A DNA stretch of 64,000 nt from assembly GCA_951406725.2 (NCBI GenBank), contig OX597816.1:32736001-32800000 (forward strand), in the 5' to 3' direction. The DNA is from Octopus vulgaris. Lineage: Eukaryota. The position numbers and the translations under genes were made by a program. Shown piece by piece: positions 1 through 14,310 of the stretch. Below the pieces are notes generated by a model. The model was not told the DNA's origin and made no database searches. It saw nothing but the letters and a program-made list of their open reading frames with translations. How positions within the stretch are numbered: the first letter of the stretch is position 1; every line of letters starts with the position of its first letter.

Positions 1-1542
1 TCAATAAACATATGTGTATGTCTAACAACCTTCTGGTACAATCGGAGTAAAATAATGACATGGAAGTTGGCGACTGCATGCATGGTAGTGTCCTCTTTAT
101 TTCCTCTCTTATGTGCAGGTTTTTTCGCATACTGTTCTCTTCAAATGTCACTGGAAATAGAAGTCACGCGCGGAAAGATAAGAAGAACGTTGTGCCTACA
201 AAGGTTTGCGAACACATCGGATCAGATACAATAGATTCGCGGCTAGAAACCAGAGAAGTGGGGCAAGTCGCATGTACTGCTGAAAGAGGTATCCCGATCT
301 TTCAGCTTCAGTGGTTTGAATACAAACTTGATCTAAAATATTCATGTAGGCCTCCGTATTGACAATATTGTCAATACATATTAGTCCAATGATACTTTTA
401 TCTGAAGCAGTGAATCAAACATCCATCGATTTTTTATATTATTATTATGGAGTAGGTGCTCATAAACAGGGAATAGTTTCTTCACTGAATAGCACCATGC
501 CTTTTGTGAATTTACGTGGCCGAGGAGATGGAAGCGCGCTTCATCATACCTTGTGTACTGGGAGATGGGCGCAGCTTACCTTTAGTAATGCTATTCAGTT
601 ATCACGCACCAAAAATTACTCGTTTGCCCTAGTCATCCACATTTCAATGCTGAACACTTGTGAAATGATATGACTTCAACTTCAAACTGTTCAACATCTG
701 TTGCACTGGATTCCTGCTGATGTGAGACGTCTGATCCAGGTTGTGTTTTGATTTATTTGGATTTCGAGTAATCCTTTAATGAATGTCCTGAATAATTTAC
801 GACGTTTCTACAGTAGTGCTTCTCAGTTTTCAGGCGTTATGCATTGAACACATAGCACGCCACGTACTCTTTGCCTGTGAGCCTTTAGTCGGATACCTCA
901 CTTCAAAAATCTTACAGCTTTGTTTAACGGAATCTGTTCGCATGCTCTCACAATCTTTACTGTTTTCGCTACTGAATACGTCATGTTGTAAAAAAGCCTA
1001 AAGATGTTCAGAAATTGCAATCTTTCAATCAAAAATGTGTTCATCATGGGGTAAGTATAACGTAGCAAACAATCAACTCCTGCACACTCTTTGCTCCACA
1101 ATTTCAAGCGATCGAATTAAATCATTCACACTTGTATTCTCTCTATGCTACGGAACCCGTTCTAAATTTTCGTACCCCACCCTGTACTTCTGGCAGCATT
1201 AATCTTACTGCATACTTCTACAATTTAATCGGCTTCACACAAAATTGTTCCTGAAATATAGCGCTAATTCTTAGTTTAAAGATAAGTTTTTATGCCCCTA
1301 TATTCATTTCTAAGGTGCTTTCAAATTTGAATATTTAACAGATGAGCCACCTAATGCACTTCAAACAGATGGGAGTGTAATTAATTGGTGTTATCTCATT
1401 CCCATCTGAATATTTAGAGGATAAAAAAGCAGACCGAGATTATAACAGATTGTTATCAATAAAAATATTTTAAAATTAAAACATTTAATACATTGATTAG
1501 TACATAATTCTGTGTACATAGACATATAAATACAAACACATT

Positions 1543-1554
<12 letters not shown>

Positions 1555-1618
<64 letters not shown>

Positions 1619-1731
1619 CGTGTGTTTTGCCCTTTTCAAACCTAGTCAGGCTCATGGGAACGGCTTCCTGGTTTCTGTGGCGTATGTGTTCCCCACCAGC
1701 AATAACTATAAAGATAAAGCGACTGCTAATC

Positions 1732-1790
<59 letters not shown>
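1555..1790. repeat. (TG)n and (TA)n microsatellites
   Basis: Direct reading: (TG)n at about 1555-1614 and (TA)n at about 1734-1790. Representative of dozens of such tracts in the window. Confidence 0.98.
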
Positions 1791-1795
<5 letters not shown>

Positions 1796-3642
1796 CATGT
1801 TTGTGTGTAATGTATTGAGTATTTGTGTGTATGTGTATGTGTCTGTAATTGTGAGTGTGTATGTATATATCAAGGGTAGTACTAAGATATATACACATGT
1901 ATGTTTGTCTGTTTGTGAGTATTTGCGTGTGTTTGAATTAAGTTATCTCTTTGTGCAGAAGATTCACAAATTCGTTACTTGCTAAGCAACGTTTATTGAA
2001 AAGTTGTTGCGATGTCTTTGTGACTGAGAGTGCTTGCAACCTCATAGTTTTTTAATGAATATTGTATTAATTTATAGATGTAGCTTCAAGGAACTTTTAG
2101 ATATCAATAATAAAAGGTCGAATATATGAGGTCACAAATATTCAAGTTACTTAGTATTAAATGATGGTGAGCTTCAATGAAGGAGCAGAATGCATTAAAA
2201 CCAGTATACTAGAAGTCACATCAATGAGCGGGGTGCTATAATAGAGAAGGGTTGGATATAGGATGTATCTTCAGGCCAGTAAGAAAGAACGGGCACAGGA
2301 AACGTGTTGAACGTTTATCTTACAAAGTGACAATATCTCTTGCATCGTTTAACTACTACACAGCATTTTCAATTTCTTGACCAAAATGATATGATGAAGT
2401 AATGTGTGAAGAATATAAAGAAAGATTAGAATTTGTTAGATTTTATATTGGTAGGGAAATAATAAATATGAAACCAAAACAAATTTAATATCAATAATCT
2501 AATGCATTTTGAATTGCTAAAAATTGTAACGAAATTGAAAACTATAATTAGATATTAATAAATAGTAAGGCTTTGAGAAGTGGACAAATCTGACTTCATC
2601 TAAAAAAAGCCAGGGCCCAAAATGTCTCTATTTTCAATTGTCGGAATTTATTGATATCACCAATCACAGTTACAACAATTTATGGATATCTATGTACACT
2701 GTTATGAAACATGAACAAAGTCATTATTCAATTTAATATTGGAAAAATACTCATGAAAATCTTTTCGAAGTATACATACTTAATAAGAATATGCTCTCCA
2801 TACTTAACGTCTTTCATTTCAAACAGAGGTAAATTATCACGAAATACTGGAAGCTGAGAATCCTTTAGCTGTTCAGTTTTGTAAAATACCAAATATGCTT
2901 TCATTGCTTACAAATGGAGGGCATGATATATATATATATATATATATATATAATTCTTTCTGTTCACGGACACACTGACATACACGTTAATGTATTATAT
3001 TCATATGGCCTGTTTTGTATATGTACATTGTAATAGTATAATGTTCAGGGAGAAAACTAAACGTTTTCCAATACATAGGGTTATTGATATAATATTCTAT
3101 AAAGGATAATTTATTGCCTGCTATTTGCATCTTCTATGGAAAGTAATACGATTTAGATGAAATTTATCTACATTTTTTTCTAACTGGTATAATCATTAAG
3201 TGAGTAAGAGATCAATAACAAAATATCATAGAATTATAAAAGACCATGGGCATTTTCGATGTAATGTTTGGCTTTTCGGTAAATGTTTGAATTTCAATTC
3301 ATCAATTCAAATTTTTTCTTTAATATCGATATATCACCTGAAATGAAAGAATGATTAACTAGTGATCACAAGAAGATATATATTTGTGTTGAAAATTTAT
3401 ATTCATTTGGCAAATGTGAAATGTTCAAATAAATATTGAACATTTCACATTTACAACATATTTGATGTTCTGGAAGAAATGTCAGTTGCTATCACAAATA
3501 AAAACAAAATATTTATCTGAAGAAAACAAATTCTTTACAATGCTATGTAAACACACAGTTTCTTAGATACGTGTGTGTGTGTATTAATATGTATTAATAT
3601 TTATGTATATGAGTGTATTATCAAAATATATCCTCGATGTGT

Positions 3643-3692
<50 letters not shown>

Positions 3693-3914
3693 CACACACA
3701 CGGATATATATATATATATATATATAATGAAACAATAAAATTAAATTTTTAAATTGTCTATTTCAAAGAAATTGGATAAGGTAACTGAAATAGATTAGTA
3801 TCATTTTGCATCGATATATATATTTTAGTTCCTTCCATTTATATTTCGACTTCAAATCCACTAACAATAAAAAAAAATTGCAATTCTTTAAATCACTGAC
3901 ACAATGTTTTGATA

Positions 3915-4100
3915 TTGTTTTCTACACTAGACACAAGGCCCAATATTTTTGGGGAGGGGCCAGATGATTAGAAAGACCCCGGTACGTAATTAGTACTTAG
4001 TTTATCGACACTGAAGGAAGAAAGGCAAAGTCGACGCGGTGGAATTTGAACTCAGGACGTAAAGACAGATGAATTAGTGCTAAGCCATGTTGTCGCATTA
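3915..4100 (-). mobile_element. tRNA-derived SINE, family B, diverged copy
   Basis: The reverse complement matches the copy at 19498-19719 (B-box GAGTTCAAATTCC, GTCGACTTTGCCTTTC..GTCGATAAA.TAAGTAC). It is flanked by a 14-bp direct repeat ACAATGTTTTGATA (3901-3914 and 4101-4114), a probable TSD. Confidence 0.85.
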
Positions 4101-4174
4101 ACAATGTTTTGATACTAGCTGAATCCGTGAAAAATTCACGGATGAACATAAAAAATATATGCATCTGTAAACAG

Positions 4175-4345
4175 TGTACTGGCGCCTTGAGAAATGTTTG
4201 CATATTATGACAGTCTGTCTTTACGTTCTGAGTTCAAATTCTGCCGAGGTCGACTTTACGTTTCGTCCCTTCGGGGTCGATAAATTAAGTACCAATTGTA
4301 TCCCGGGGTCAATCTAATCAAAAATTTCAGGACTAGAAAAGTATA
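4175..4345 (+). mobile_element. SINE family B nested in the Helitron 3' region
   Basis: TTACGTTCTGAGTTCAAATTCTGCCGAGGTCGACTTT..TTCGGGGTCGATAAATTAAGTACCA, matching 19498-19719. Confidence 0.85.
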
Positions 4346-4439
4346 TGGTGACAGTTACAGAATATAGAACTTAAAGGTGTAATGTGGATGCGTAATGATG
4401 GAGCGGTTGGCGTGGTGGTAATACGAGCTGGTGCAGTGG

Positions 4440-4980
4440 TATTCCTCGCAGTACTTCATGGTAGACAATATTTTGGGAGGATGTCACACCACGATTTTGG
4501 CCTCGTCTATTATCGCAATTGAGCGTCATAACTTTTACTTTGATATTGTTCATAGCTTGTGCTCTTGAAAATACTACATATAAATAACCGTGAGAAAATA
4601 TTGGTCGAGGCAAATGTATTCCAACGTTTTCAAATATTTGTTCTTGGGACTTATTAATTGGCAGTGAATATGCACGTCGATGTGGAAACTGAGGCCTGTT
4701 TAGTGTGAATGGAATATTTGCAACACTTGGGCTAAAAGTAATTCTGTGAATTAGAACCGTAGGACTTCTGTTTGAGCCTGTTACCAATGATGCCTTTATA
4801 CAACGTTAATGAACACTTTGCACTTTCAAGGTGAGCTCCATTACATAATCATTGACTGATCGAAAGATTACTTAGCAGCATTATAATATAACCTACTTTT
4901 AAGTTGAGGCGATGAGGAGGCATACCGGATGGAGTGAGTGAGTTTATTAATTCAAATGGATAGTACTGAACCTCCTCTTC
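4440..4980 (-). pseudogene. Helitron RepHel Pif1-family helicase C-terminal fragment (stops and frameshifts)
   Basis: Minus-strand translations [41 protein letters not shown] and RITFSPSVANIPFTLNRPQFP..AYSLPINKSQEQIFENVGIHLPRPIFSHGYLYVVFSR match the Helitron Pif1 motifs SGxPPHxLxLKVG, TINKSQGQ and FSHGQLYVALSR. Confidence 0.92.
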
Positions 4981-5282
4981 ATTATTGCAGGACACGTTTT
5001 AAGTGCTTCTGGTATAATATTACGAAGTTTATTATTTATTGCAAGACACGTAGAATTTTTAGGAGATAAAATTTACTTGTTCTTCTATTTCTTCTGGCAT
5101 GCAGTCTTTGAAAATTTCTGGATATAAATGTTCAAATTGAAATGCAAAAGAAATAAGTAATAAATGAATTAATGAATGAAAGTTTGGTAGTTGCGTATAT
5201 TTTTCACTACGCGTCACTTATTATTGCACACATGTTTTAACTAGCCTATACTAGACACACACACACACACACAACTACATAT

Positions 5283-5466
5283 CGTTAGCTCCTACACGCA
5301 TTTTTTTCTCTACCTTGTTTTTTTTCTGTGAATCTTTCTGTCGAAGAGCGTAGGCTTGAAACGAAAAAAACTTGTTCTATTCCTATTTCTGAGCGCCATT
5401 CTAATACATTTGTTTGTTTGTACTCCACCTGCCTTCGTCTTTTGTTTATTTTCGTAAACCTTCCCG

Positions 5467-5469
<3 letters not shown>
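5283..5469 (+). mobile_element. Solo Penelope-like terminal repeat (pLTR) fragment ending in (TA)n
   Basis: Closely similar to the reverse complement of 43050-43250, the 3' end of the Penelope element. Both run into (TA)n after CTTCCCGT. Confidence 0.88.
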
Positions 5470-5544
<75 letters not shown>

Positions 5545-5680
5545 GTTTCGAGTTGTAGCTGTAATTCAAAGAGGTCAGCCTTGTCATATTATATGTGAGG
5601 CTGAATCACCCTGTGAACTAGGTTAATGTTGTGTATGTCTGTGGAATGTTCAACCATTTGTGAGTTAATTTTATCCTCGT
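5545..5680 (+). mobile_element. SINE family C 3' fragment, diverged
   Basis: Similar to the reverse complement of 22945-23070 (TTCAAAG.GG.CAGCCTTGTCA..GCTGAAT..CCC..GAACTA.GTTAA..GTCTGTGGA.TG.TCA.CCA.TT). Confidence 0.6.
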
Positions 5681-6235
5681 GTAATAATGAAAAATGAAAA
5701 TGGCATCCGATATTTGCTGTGTCTTTGTATCTATGAAATTTTCTTTGGATTCATGTATCGACTGTCTCTCTCGCAATCCATTCACATTCGCTTTCTGTGA
5801 GTCACTCTTCTCTCTCGCATTTGATTTAACAATGTGTGTATGTATCTATGTATCTAATTATCTTAAGATGTAATAAACATTTAAATACACAAAACGAACA
5901 CCGTCACCAATCACTGTCTCTTTCACTCTCTCTCTCACTCTGTTTCCCTCTCTCACTCTCCACTTTCTGTCTCACTCTCTTTCTCTCATACATCCTCTCT
6001 GAAACATTTAAAAACACAAAACGAACGCCACCACCACTCACTGTCTCTCTCATTCTCTTCCTAGCTCATTTTCTCTTACTTCCTCCCTGTCCTCCTCTCA
6101 CTCGCTTTGCCACTTCAAAAAAGTGTGAGGCACACAACAGGTACGTGCAAAAACAAAAAAGTTACCCTATTAATCTTAATGATTCCTAAAATTATTGTTA
6201 CCACTATCCCCAACACTAACCCCAGGACCGCCACA

Positions 6236-6405
6236 ACCATCATGACTACAACTACTACAACAACAGCAGTAACAACTACTACTACCGCTGCTGCTAAAGT
6301 TGTCGTCAATGCTGCTGCTGCTATTATTGCTTATAGCACCACCGCCACGACTAATACTACTACTGCTGCTGCTAATACTACTACTAATACTAATACTATT
6401 ATTAT

Positions 6406-6455
<50 letters not shown>

Positions 6456-6457
6456 AA

Positions 6458-6501
<44 letters not shown>

Positions 6502-6524
6502 TAATAATAATAATAATAAAAATA
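6236..6524. repeat. Compound (ACA/ACT/GCT)n-(AAT)n trinucleotide microsatellite
   Basis: Direct reading; explains the poly-T/N/L/I/S ORFs in the track. Confidence 0.97.
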
Positions 6525-8164
6525 ATTGCCCTGACCCAGTGGCTCTCCTTTCTTCTCATCTTAATAACATATTAGAAGTGCTATCATGTACATTGATTTG
6601 TCTTGAGATAAAAGAGGGTCTACAGGATGCCCTTAACTAGTTGAGTATGTCCGTTAGTGGCTGACGGTATGTCTATCTCCCATCACGAGCAGACGTAGTG
6701 GGGGAGCATCATAGGCACGTGCTGAGAAGGATTCTTTGGGGTTTGAATAATTCACATCTGGAAAGATGGATCTTTCTTTGAACAATCTTAAACAACCTTT
6801 ATTCAAGGACCATTTAACGGGATAGACTACTCGACCTGAGCAAAACCGTAACTGAGCCCGACCTGCAAGTTCATGCGTTGTTTATCTTGATATAAGATCA
6901 CTATGCCGCGGACATATGGTTGTGATGCCTGTGCTTTGTGTGCACTCGTCAGACGGGTAGTCATGTTGTGGCATGCGACAATGTCCGACGTTATTTGAAG
7001 TGAAAATGTTAACTGATTAAGAATATTTGTAATATATATTTTGTAACATACGTTTAGCTTATATTGGAATATTCAAAATATTCATATTCTATGGTCAACC
7101 AAACACAATACGAGCAATTAATTTTGTAGCACAGGCGGATGAAAAGTTGCAGGCAGAATCTATAAAATATTTTATGCATAATTAAATAGTACACTAACAT
7201 TAAAAATTATTTTGTTGCTGGATACTTTTTCACAATCCTAAAGATATCACAATCTCTGTCTCCGACGAACCGAAATTATTGAAGCTTATCCTTTCCGCAC
7301 ATGTTTTGCAAACAACTTGCACCTGCAAGTGCTACCAGTCGAGAACACCGCGTGCCGGAAGCCAGCAAGTGTATAGGGTCATCACGTGGGAATGCGCGCC
7401 CTTTTCGGAGCCTACCCTTTGACGGCATGCATGCGCACCGGCTCCTCTCACTGATATGAGGCCCCGCTTGCTAGATAAACTGGCTATTAAATCTCAATAT
7501 TCTTCCAGCCGTCGCTCATTGTCTCCTTTTAACCAAATCCAATGGCTAGCCTTTTCCACAGCAGTTTGTATATAGTGATGGTGATATTCACATTACGATG
7601 TGTTCGACCTAAACGATTTTTTTTTATTGTTCTTTAAACATAGACAGAAATCTCCCTTACTAGTATTTATACCTATGTCTACTTCAATATTTATTAAATA
7701 AACTTAGTATAAATGACAATTAGTTACAGTGATGTATTTGATTTAAAGATCGCGTCTAGCAAACATTTGACAATAAGTAATCAATTTAAATACTTGACAT
7801 TTTAAACAATGGTAGTGTAGTTTACTTGATTAACCAGTGATATTTACTTCCATTCGATAAAAATGTACACATCAATAGACATGTGTAGAAATAGATATAT
7901 AAATGTGTGTGTTTGTACACGGTGGATGTGTATCGATGCCTGTTGAGTGTGTGTTTGTTGCGTGTGTGTGTTGCGTGTGTGCGTGTGTTCCACGCTGTAT
8001 AGTGATTTTTTTTTTCTTTCGTGATGGAACGCTCGTTTATTTTCATATTATGTCAGCTGTAGGACATAAAGAAAAGTCTGACAATATAATACTTATGTCT
8101 ACTTACATAAATCTGTACATACACATAGAAAGTGTATGTATATCTCTTATATATAGACGTCCAT

Positions 8165-8550
8165 ATGGCTGTGTTGTAAGGAGTTTGCTTCCAAAACAGC
8201 ATGGGTCCGTGCCCCACCCTACTGCATGCCAACTTCCCCAATTGCATTCTACTAAAGACTCGGTGTGGCCAAACGTTACTGCCTGGGTTTGTTAGACGGA
8301 ATCTCAAAGAAACCCATTGTATATATGTGCGTGTGTGCATGTGTGTGTGTGGGATGTTTGCGTGTGTCTTAGTGCTTATGTTCTCCGACTGCATCACCAC
8401 TACCCCTTTTGACAAACACTGTTGATGAATTTATACCCGTGTGACTTATTGAGTTAACAAAAGAGAGCGCTGGAATAAATACCAGGCTTTAAAAAATTAT
8501 AAGTACTGGGTCGATACATTCGACGGAAAATGCTTTAAAACAGTGAAGTA
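8165..8550 (+). mobile_element. SINE family A, old diverged copy
   Basis: GGCTGTGTTGTAAGGAGTTTGCTTCCAAAACAGCATGGGTCCG head, AAAGAAACCCATTGTATAT junction, internal (TG)n and AAGTACTGGGTCGAT tail are collinear with 14852-15339. Confidence 0.7.
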
Positions 8551-8559
8551 TATATATAA

Positions 8560-8608
<49 letters not shown>

Positions 8609-8778
8609 TATATACTTATAATAATAAGGTTTTTTTGCAACAAATTGCTTGTTGCAAAAAAAGTTATTATAATTATATAAATGTTTAACGAATGTGGTCC
8701 TTTTTCCATACCGAAATACTAGGAGGTGAAATCGGTTGATTTTATTAAATGAATTATATTTCACCCTATCTTTGTAGT

Positions 8779-8847
<69 letters not shown>

Positions 8848-8893
8848 CATACATATATATACATATATGTATGTGTGTATATATATATATGTA

Positions 8894-8999
<106 letters not shown>

Positions 9000-9763
9000 T
9001 AGCGTATATGATGCACTTTATCGGAATACTGTTTTCTATTTTAGAATGATAGTTTGTTAAAATCTTTAATTACACTTGACGGTATATTTATTGAATGCTA
9101 TATGACATTAGTTTTGCGGGAGAATATGCATGATCATGCGCATGTAAAATATAATACTGTGACAATATATTGCAATAAAGCATATAATTACATAATGTAA
9201 CTTTGCACTAGCCTTTAATGGAAAATAAATTAAATTTAGCAGAGAAAACAAGAAACACATCGGTAACAATGAATCCTGGTACATGTTGCCAAAAGCAAAT
9301 ATATTGGTAAAAATGGTTCAAACCGTCAGTAAAACATAATAAATGGATTCCTATAGATAGATAAGTTTATGCAGACAATGCAAACTTCTACTGAATATTA
9401 GTACACAACATGTAAAGAAATATCAATTTCTATTAGAAACTTGTATTTCAGCGTATAGCACATGATGCAACACAAAACAATCAGAAACATTTTAAAAAGA
9501 AGTATCATAAAGATTTTATCTAATCAACATATAAAAAAATTGAAATAAAATACCAAAAAAAAATCTAGAAAACCATCTTCGTCAGAGATACATTCACATC
9601 TTTCTGAACTATCACCTTTACTGTCGATAGAATTTTTTGCTGATGGAATTTTCTATAAAACAAAGTTTGTTATATTTTCTTTAAACTTAACGACGATTTG
9701 AACCAAAGATTCACCTCAGTCAAAGTCAGTGCCTTGAAAGTCTGTATTAATGCAATTTTTTTT

Positions 9764-9935
9764 CAGGAAGTAAGAGTGAGAGAAAGTTGTGGTGAAAGAG
9801 TACCCCCTGCCCGAGCCTCGTGGAGCTTTAGGTGTTTTCGCTCAATAAACACTCACAACGCCCGGTCTGGGAATCGAAACCGCGATCCTATGACCGCGAG
9901 TCCGCTGCCCTAACCACTGGGCCATTGCGCCTCCA
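9764..9935 (-). mobile_element. SINE family C (tRNA-Arg-like head), 5' part
   Basis: Minus strand GGAGGCGCAATGGCCCAGTGGTTAGGGCAGCGGACTCGCGGTCATAGGATCGCGGTTTCGATTCCC has A and B boxes and TCG at the anticodon position. Near-identical to 23070-23260. It may correspond to the octopus OR SINEs (recall, unverified). Confidence 0.88.
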
Positions 9936-12274
9936 CTTAATGATTTTATACTACTTCATTCGCAGTATTCCAGGAACATTCTTTTCACTTGCACATATGT
10001 AAGTCTGAAACATCCATCAACTTGTTTCGGGGCTCTTGCATGAATTGTTTAAGTGATTTTTTGACTGAATCATCAATAGGCTGCGATCACTGGGTTACCC
10101 AAGAATTGCAGCAAAAATGTCTTCATTTTTTCAAGGTTATAATTTGTAAGCTCAGGTCGTTGAACCCGGATCTGGACCCAGACTAATAAGCCAAGCTCCT
10201 TCAAAAGTTCATCGGCGGCTGAAATTCCTATGATCAGAGACGTGATCAATGAAGGCCAACAGAGGAAAGAAAAGGGGCATATATATATTTCAGATTCTAA
10301 TCTCAAACAATATGAAAGTGATGGAGCTTTTTGCCTACAATTTTTTGGCTGTTTACGTACCCTTGTTTTTACTCAGCTATTCACAATTTTATAGTTACGC
10401 TCCGTTGAATTCATTCCTTAAACAGACACACAGTCGTATCAGCTTTTTCGAGATAGGTTTATTCTTCTCGGACAGCTGCTGTACTATACAAATGTGCAAA
10501 GAGAGAATTCAGTTAGAATGACAAGCTCTCAAAACGTCATGGTATAGTCATATTATGAAGGTGTGGAAGCATGGATATAACATGGGCAATGAGAATATAC
10601 TAGACATATGTTTAGGACGCATCAGAGTTGCAGTGGGTACACAAACAGCCAGTAAACACCGGTGACATAAACCACAGTATTAGCATTGCAGTAGTGGAAG
10701 TCCCAGCGTGGATTCATACATTATATGTCTCAAAAACTCAAGTATGATACAGATTGACGTCGATAAAATCGGCTCAGTAGTCTTTCATTGGATGAGGCCT
10801 AGGATGTTTGTGTATGTATTATCTTAGTTCTAGATGCTTGGTGAGCCTCACTTGAGATGTGAATAGGGGGAATATTTTCTTTGGGGTGAAGTACTGTATT
10901 GGGTCTCAAGAGTAAAACAATTTTCTGTAATGCTTTGCCAACCATATGTACGATGTGTAATGTCCGTGATCGGTTTCATTGAAATGTAAATTCTTAGCAT
11001 TTCAAAGTCATGTGAGGTTACATCTGCGCATTGTTCATGTTTTGAGAATGGTGAATTGAGGAATAATCAACAGATCTAGGATAAATATTATATTTAAAGT
11101 ATATTTATGTAATTGATTACGTTATTTTCAACATCATGGAAAAAAATGGAAAAAAAAGACAACTCAGTATACTACCGAGGTTTAGCAACCATAAGGTTGC
11201 TGCTGTAATTGGTTCGCAAATATAAGGCTCTAGCAGCAGACATTTCACAAAAACATTGATGTCGTGCTCATCCCGGTATTGTGCATTTCATGTAAGCTAT
11301 ACGGTTGCATATACACTTTATTTCAACGATTTGCTGATTTTCAATGCCGCTTCTAGGATACATATTTTACCTTTGATACCTCTGTTATATGCTTGGTTAT
11401 TTGGTTAAATGCCAGCCCTGATCTACAACTCTTACTATCGAATATTTTCCATCACATTTATGTATATTATATGTTTGTTTGTATATTCATTTCCATGCAC
11501 ATTAAATTAATTAGATAATTAACCCACGTTTTCTAAAGAGTAAGGTATGATTTAAGGAAGATTTCATTACTAGGTTTTTGCCTATCAAATAGACATATAC
11601 CGAGAGTATACTCAAATATGCGAAACACTTTCTTCTATTTCATATTTAATGTTTCGCCTTATATACACTATAATACAGAGCACAAACTAGATGTTACGGG
11701 GAAAAAATAGAGAATATCAATTTTCTTACGATAAAGATATTGATGTGTGAAATAGCAATACTTTGTTTTTTTTCTTATGAATAAAACTGATGCTATGTAT
11801 TCTTGCTTCAGACAATTAGGAAAGCAGACAACAGATATTATGATAACACCGGGGAGGTTCTCAGTTTAAAGATTCAGAGATTTGTGTTATGAAGTAGAAA
11901 GTGCAGAATAAAAGGACAGGAAATTGCTTATTTCAAACAGGAAAATATCCTTACAAGATGTTAATAATATGTGAACGGATTTAATGAAATGTATTACTTA
12001 TAATATTTTGTGAAAATCTAGATAATTCATAAGAAGGAAATGAAATTCAATGGAATAAATAAGAGGTGTCCTTACACAATAAATCGGTGCCACAGAAAAT
12101 TATACACACGCACGTACACAGAAATACCCTTATATATATATGTGTGTGTCTGTGTCTGTGTATGTATGTATGTATACATATATGCATACTCGTTCACATA
12201 TGCATATTCTCATACAAACATATATATATATATCTATATATATATGTCTGTATGTATGTATTTATATATATATA

Positions 12275-12379
<105 letters not shown>

Positions 12380-13899
12380 GAATATTTCGTAAAAATATTC
12401 AAAAGTAAATTATTACAAATGTAATGCAAGAGAAATATTTCTACTTCATTAGCAATATAAACAAGATTTGATCGAATCATCAGTAATTACATGAGTAACG
12501 TGAATGTATATATTAATCTAATCAAATTGTTGACCACACAATTACTATTTGAGTTGGTTATTTACTAACGTTTCAGAACTTTATTTTCTGTTCATACCGT
12601 AAAAATGAGAGCAACAGTTAAAGATAATTATTCTGTTTCATGAATCTCCATGCTCGTGGTAAAGAGTAGAACTGCTTAACACCTAATAAGCGCACATGTT
12701 ATCTAACATATTCAAGCTCTGACAATCCTGTCTTCATTGAGATACCTTGTATCAAGGTGTATATCATGCGATATATTTTCATAATTTCCTAACAGCAATG
12801 TTTAAGAGATGCTATATTTTTTTTGCTATTCATATTAATGACAATATATTACCAGAATTAGATAGAGCCAAGGATAACATGCCAGTTGTAACTAGCTATA
12901 TGTCAATAGATATCGGTTTCAAATCACCCTGTAGTCGACTCTCCCTTTCACACTTCTTGTTTCAATAAATGAAAGTACCGATATAGTACCTATTTCTAGA
13001 TAATTGACCGATTATACGCATCAAATAACTTGATTTTTATTAGGAACAACATTTTCTCATTACTTCCACATTCTTTTATGCAACATAGGTATCCATCTAT
13101 CACGGATGCATAAAATGAGGGAGGGAAGTCATAACAGCAGTATGCATTGACGGACTTGATAGATTACTGGGTGATGTCTTAGAGAAATCACATTATTTCC
13201 TTTGACAACTACATAAAAAGTATTAACAAAAAAATTATTATTTAGATATACTTTTATTTTAGTTGCTTACACTATTTAACACTTGTTTATACTCTTATGC
13301 ATTCAAAGTTCACAAATTTCCTAATTTAAATTATGAATAATATTTCTTTCCACAATATCAATATGATAACAAAACTACTCTGTAGACGATATTTTCTGTT
13401 TGGTTCCACTCATTTTCAAATAAAATCGTGACCGTTGGTCTCCTCGTAGAGACGTAAACATCGGAGTAGATAAAAATACAGGAACATGATATAAAGTCTG
13501 GTTTTGTTCGGTGTTTGCTGAGAATGCTCGAGCGAAATCTTTACGGTTGCAAAAAATCTGGTTGTTCTGGTAACATGGTTTATTGTGATCGACAAAATTG
13601 AGTTGTAATCAACAGCCGCTTCGATTAACCGCTTCGAATCCTGGTCGAGACTGATACACTTCAATAACGATTAAATAATCAGGCACACTATAATTACACA
13701 CACATTTCTATTTTATTTTCGCTATTAACCCTCCAAGCAAACCCCTTCGTATCTACGATGGGGCCATGAACTATACGATGAGAATTCAGATTTACTTGTG
13801 GTTGGTGTATTTTTAATAAAAATGGAAAGGCGGTTTATCAATTCAAAATCGATATCCACGAAAATATATTTTCTGATTTGTTAATGCTAAAATCCTTCC

Positions 13900-14310
13900 T
13901 AATGACCGTCTATGTATTCCCCCCAAATATCGTAGCCATTGGTCCAGCCGTATGGCCTTGAAGAGAGAATAGACAAACAGACGGACGTAACGCCCACAAT
14001 AGTAAGATAGTAAATCTGCCCTTCTACTATGGGAAATAAAGGGAGACTTTAGCAACTCGAAACCCTCTAAATTCATGAATTGTACGAGGTGGGTGGGGAA
14101 CCCAGATATATTAATACAATTTAAGTAATTTATTGATGCACAACTCACTATCCACTGAATAATCATACTTTTTCACATTTTCTTGGCTAAACATCTTCTT
14201 GTTTACCTCCTTCGTAATTCCGAAAAACATCTTGAACATTGGTCCAGCTGTTTGACAGTGAAGAGTGACAGACGGACAGACGGATGGACATAACGCATAT
14301 TATAGTAAGA
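13900..14310. mobile_element. Two termini of a non-autonomous Helitron-like element
   Basis: A duplicated module CATTGGTCCAGC.GT.TG.C..TGAAGAG.GA..(GACA/GACG)n..TAACGC...A.TAGTAAGAT at about 13937-14008 and 14237-14310 resembles invertebrate non-autonomous Helitron ends. The minus-strand peptide NYLNCINISGFPTHL between them weakly echoes Pif1 LNSxxxSGxPPH. Confidence 0.45.

Larger units (their letters stand above)
4115..5100 (-). mobile_element. Helitron 3' part with terminal hairpin and CTAG end
   Basis: The minus strand ends ATCCGTGAA-TTT-TTCACGGAT (9-bp hairpin, 4123-4143), then CTAG followed by T. It lies downstream of a Pif1 helicase relic on the same strand. Confidence 0.8.

Noticed and set aside
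6525-6970. GC-richer block after (AAT)n, probably an interspersed repeat
   Set aside because: No second copy or protein motif in this window supports a call.
9860-9935. tRNA-Arg gene
   Set aside because: It continues into a SINE body and is repeated at 23190-23260, so it is a SINE head.
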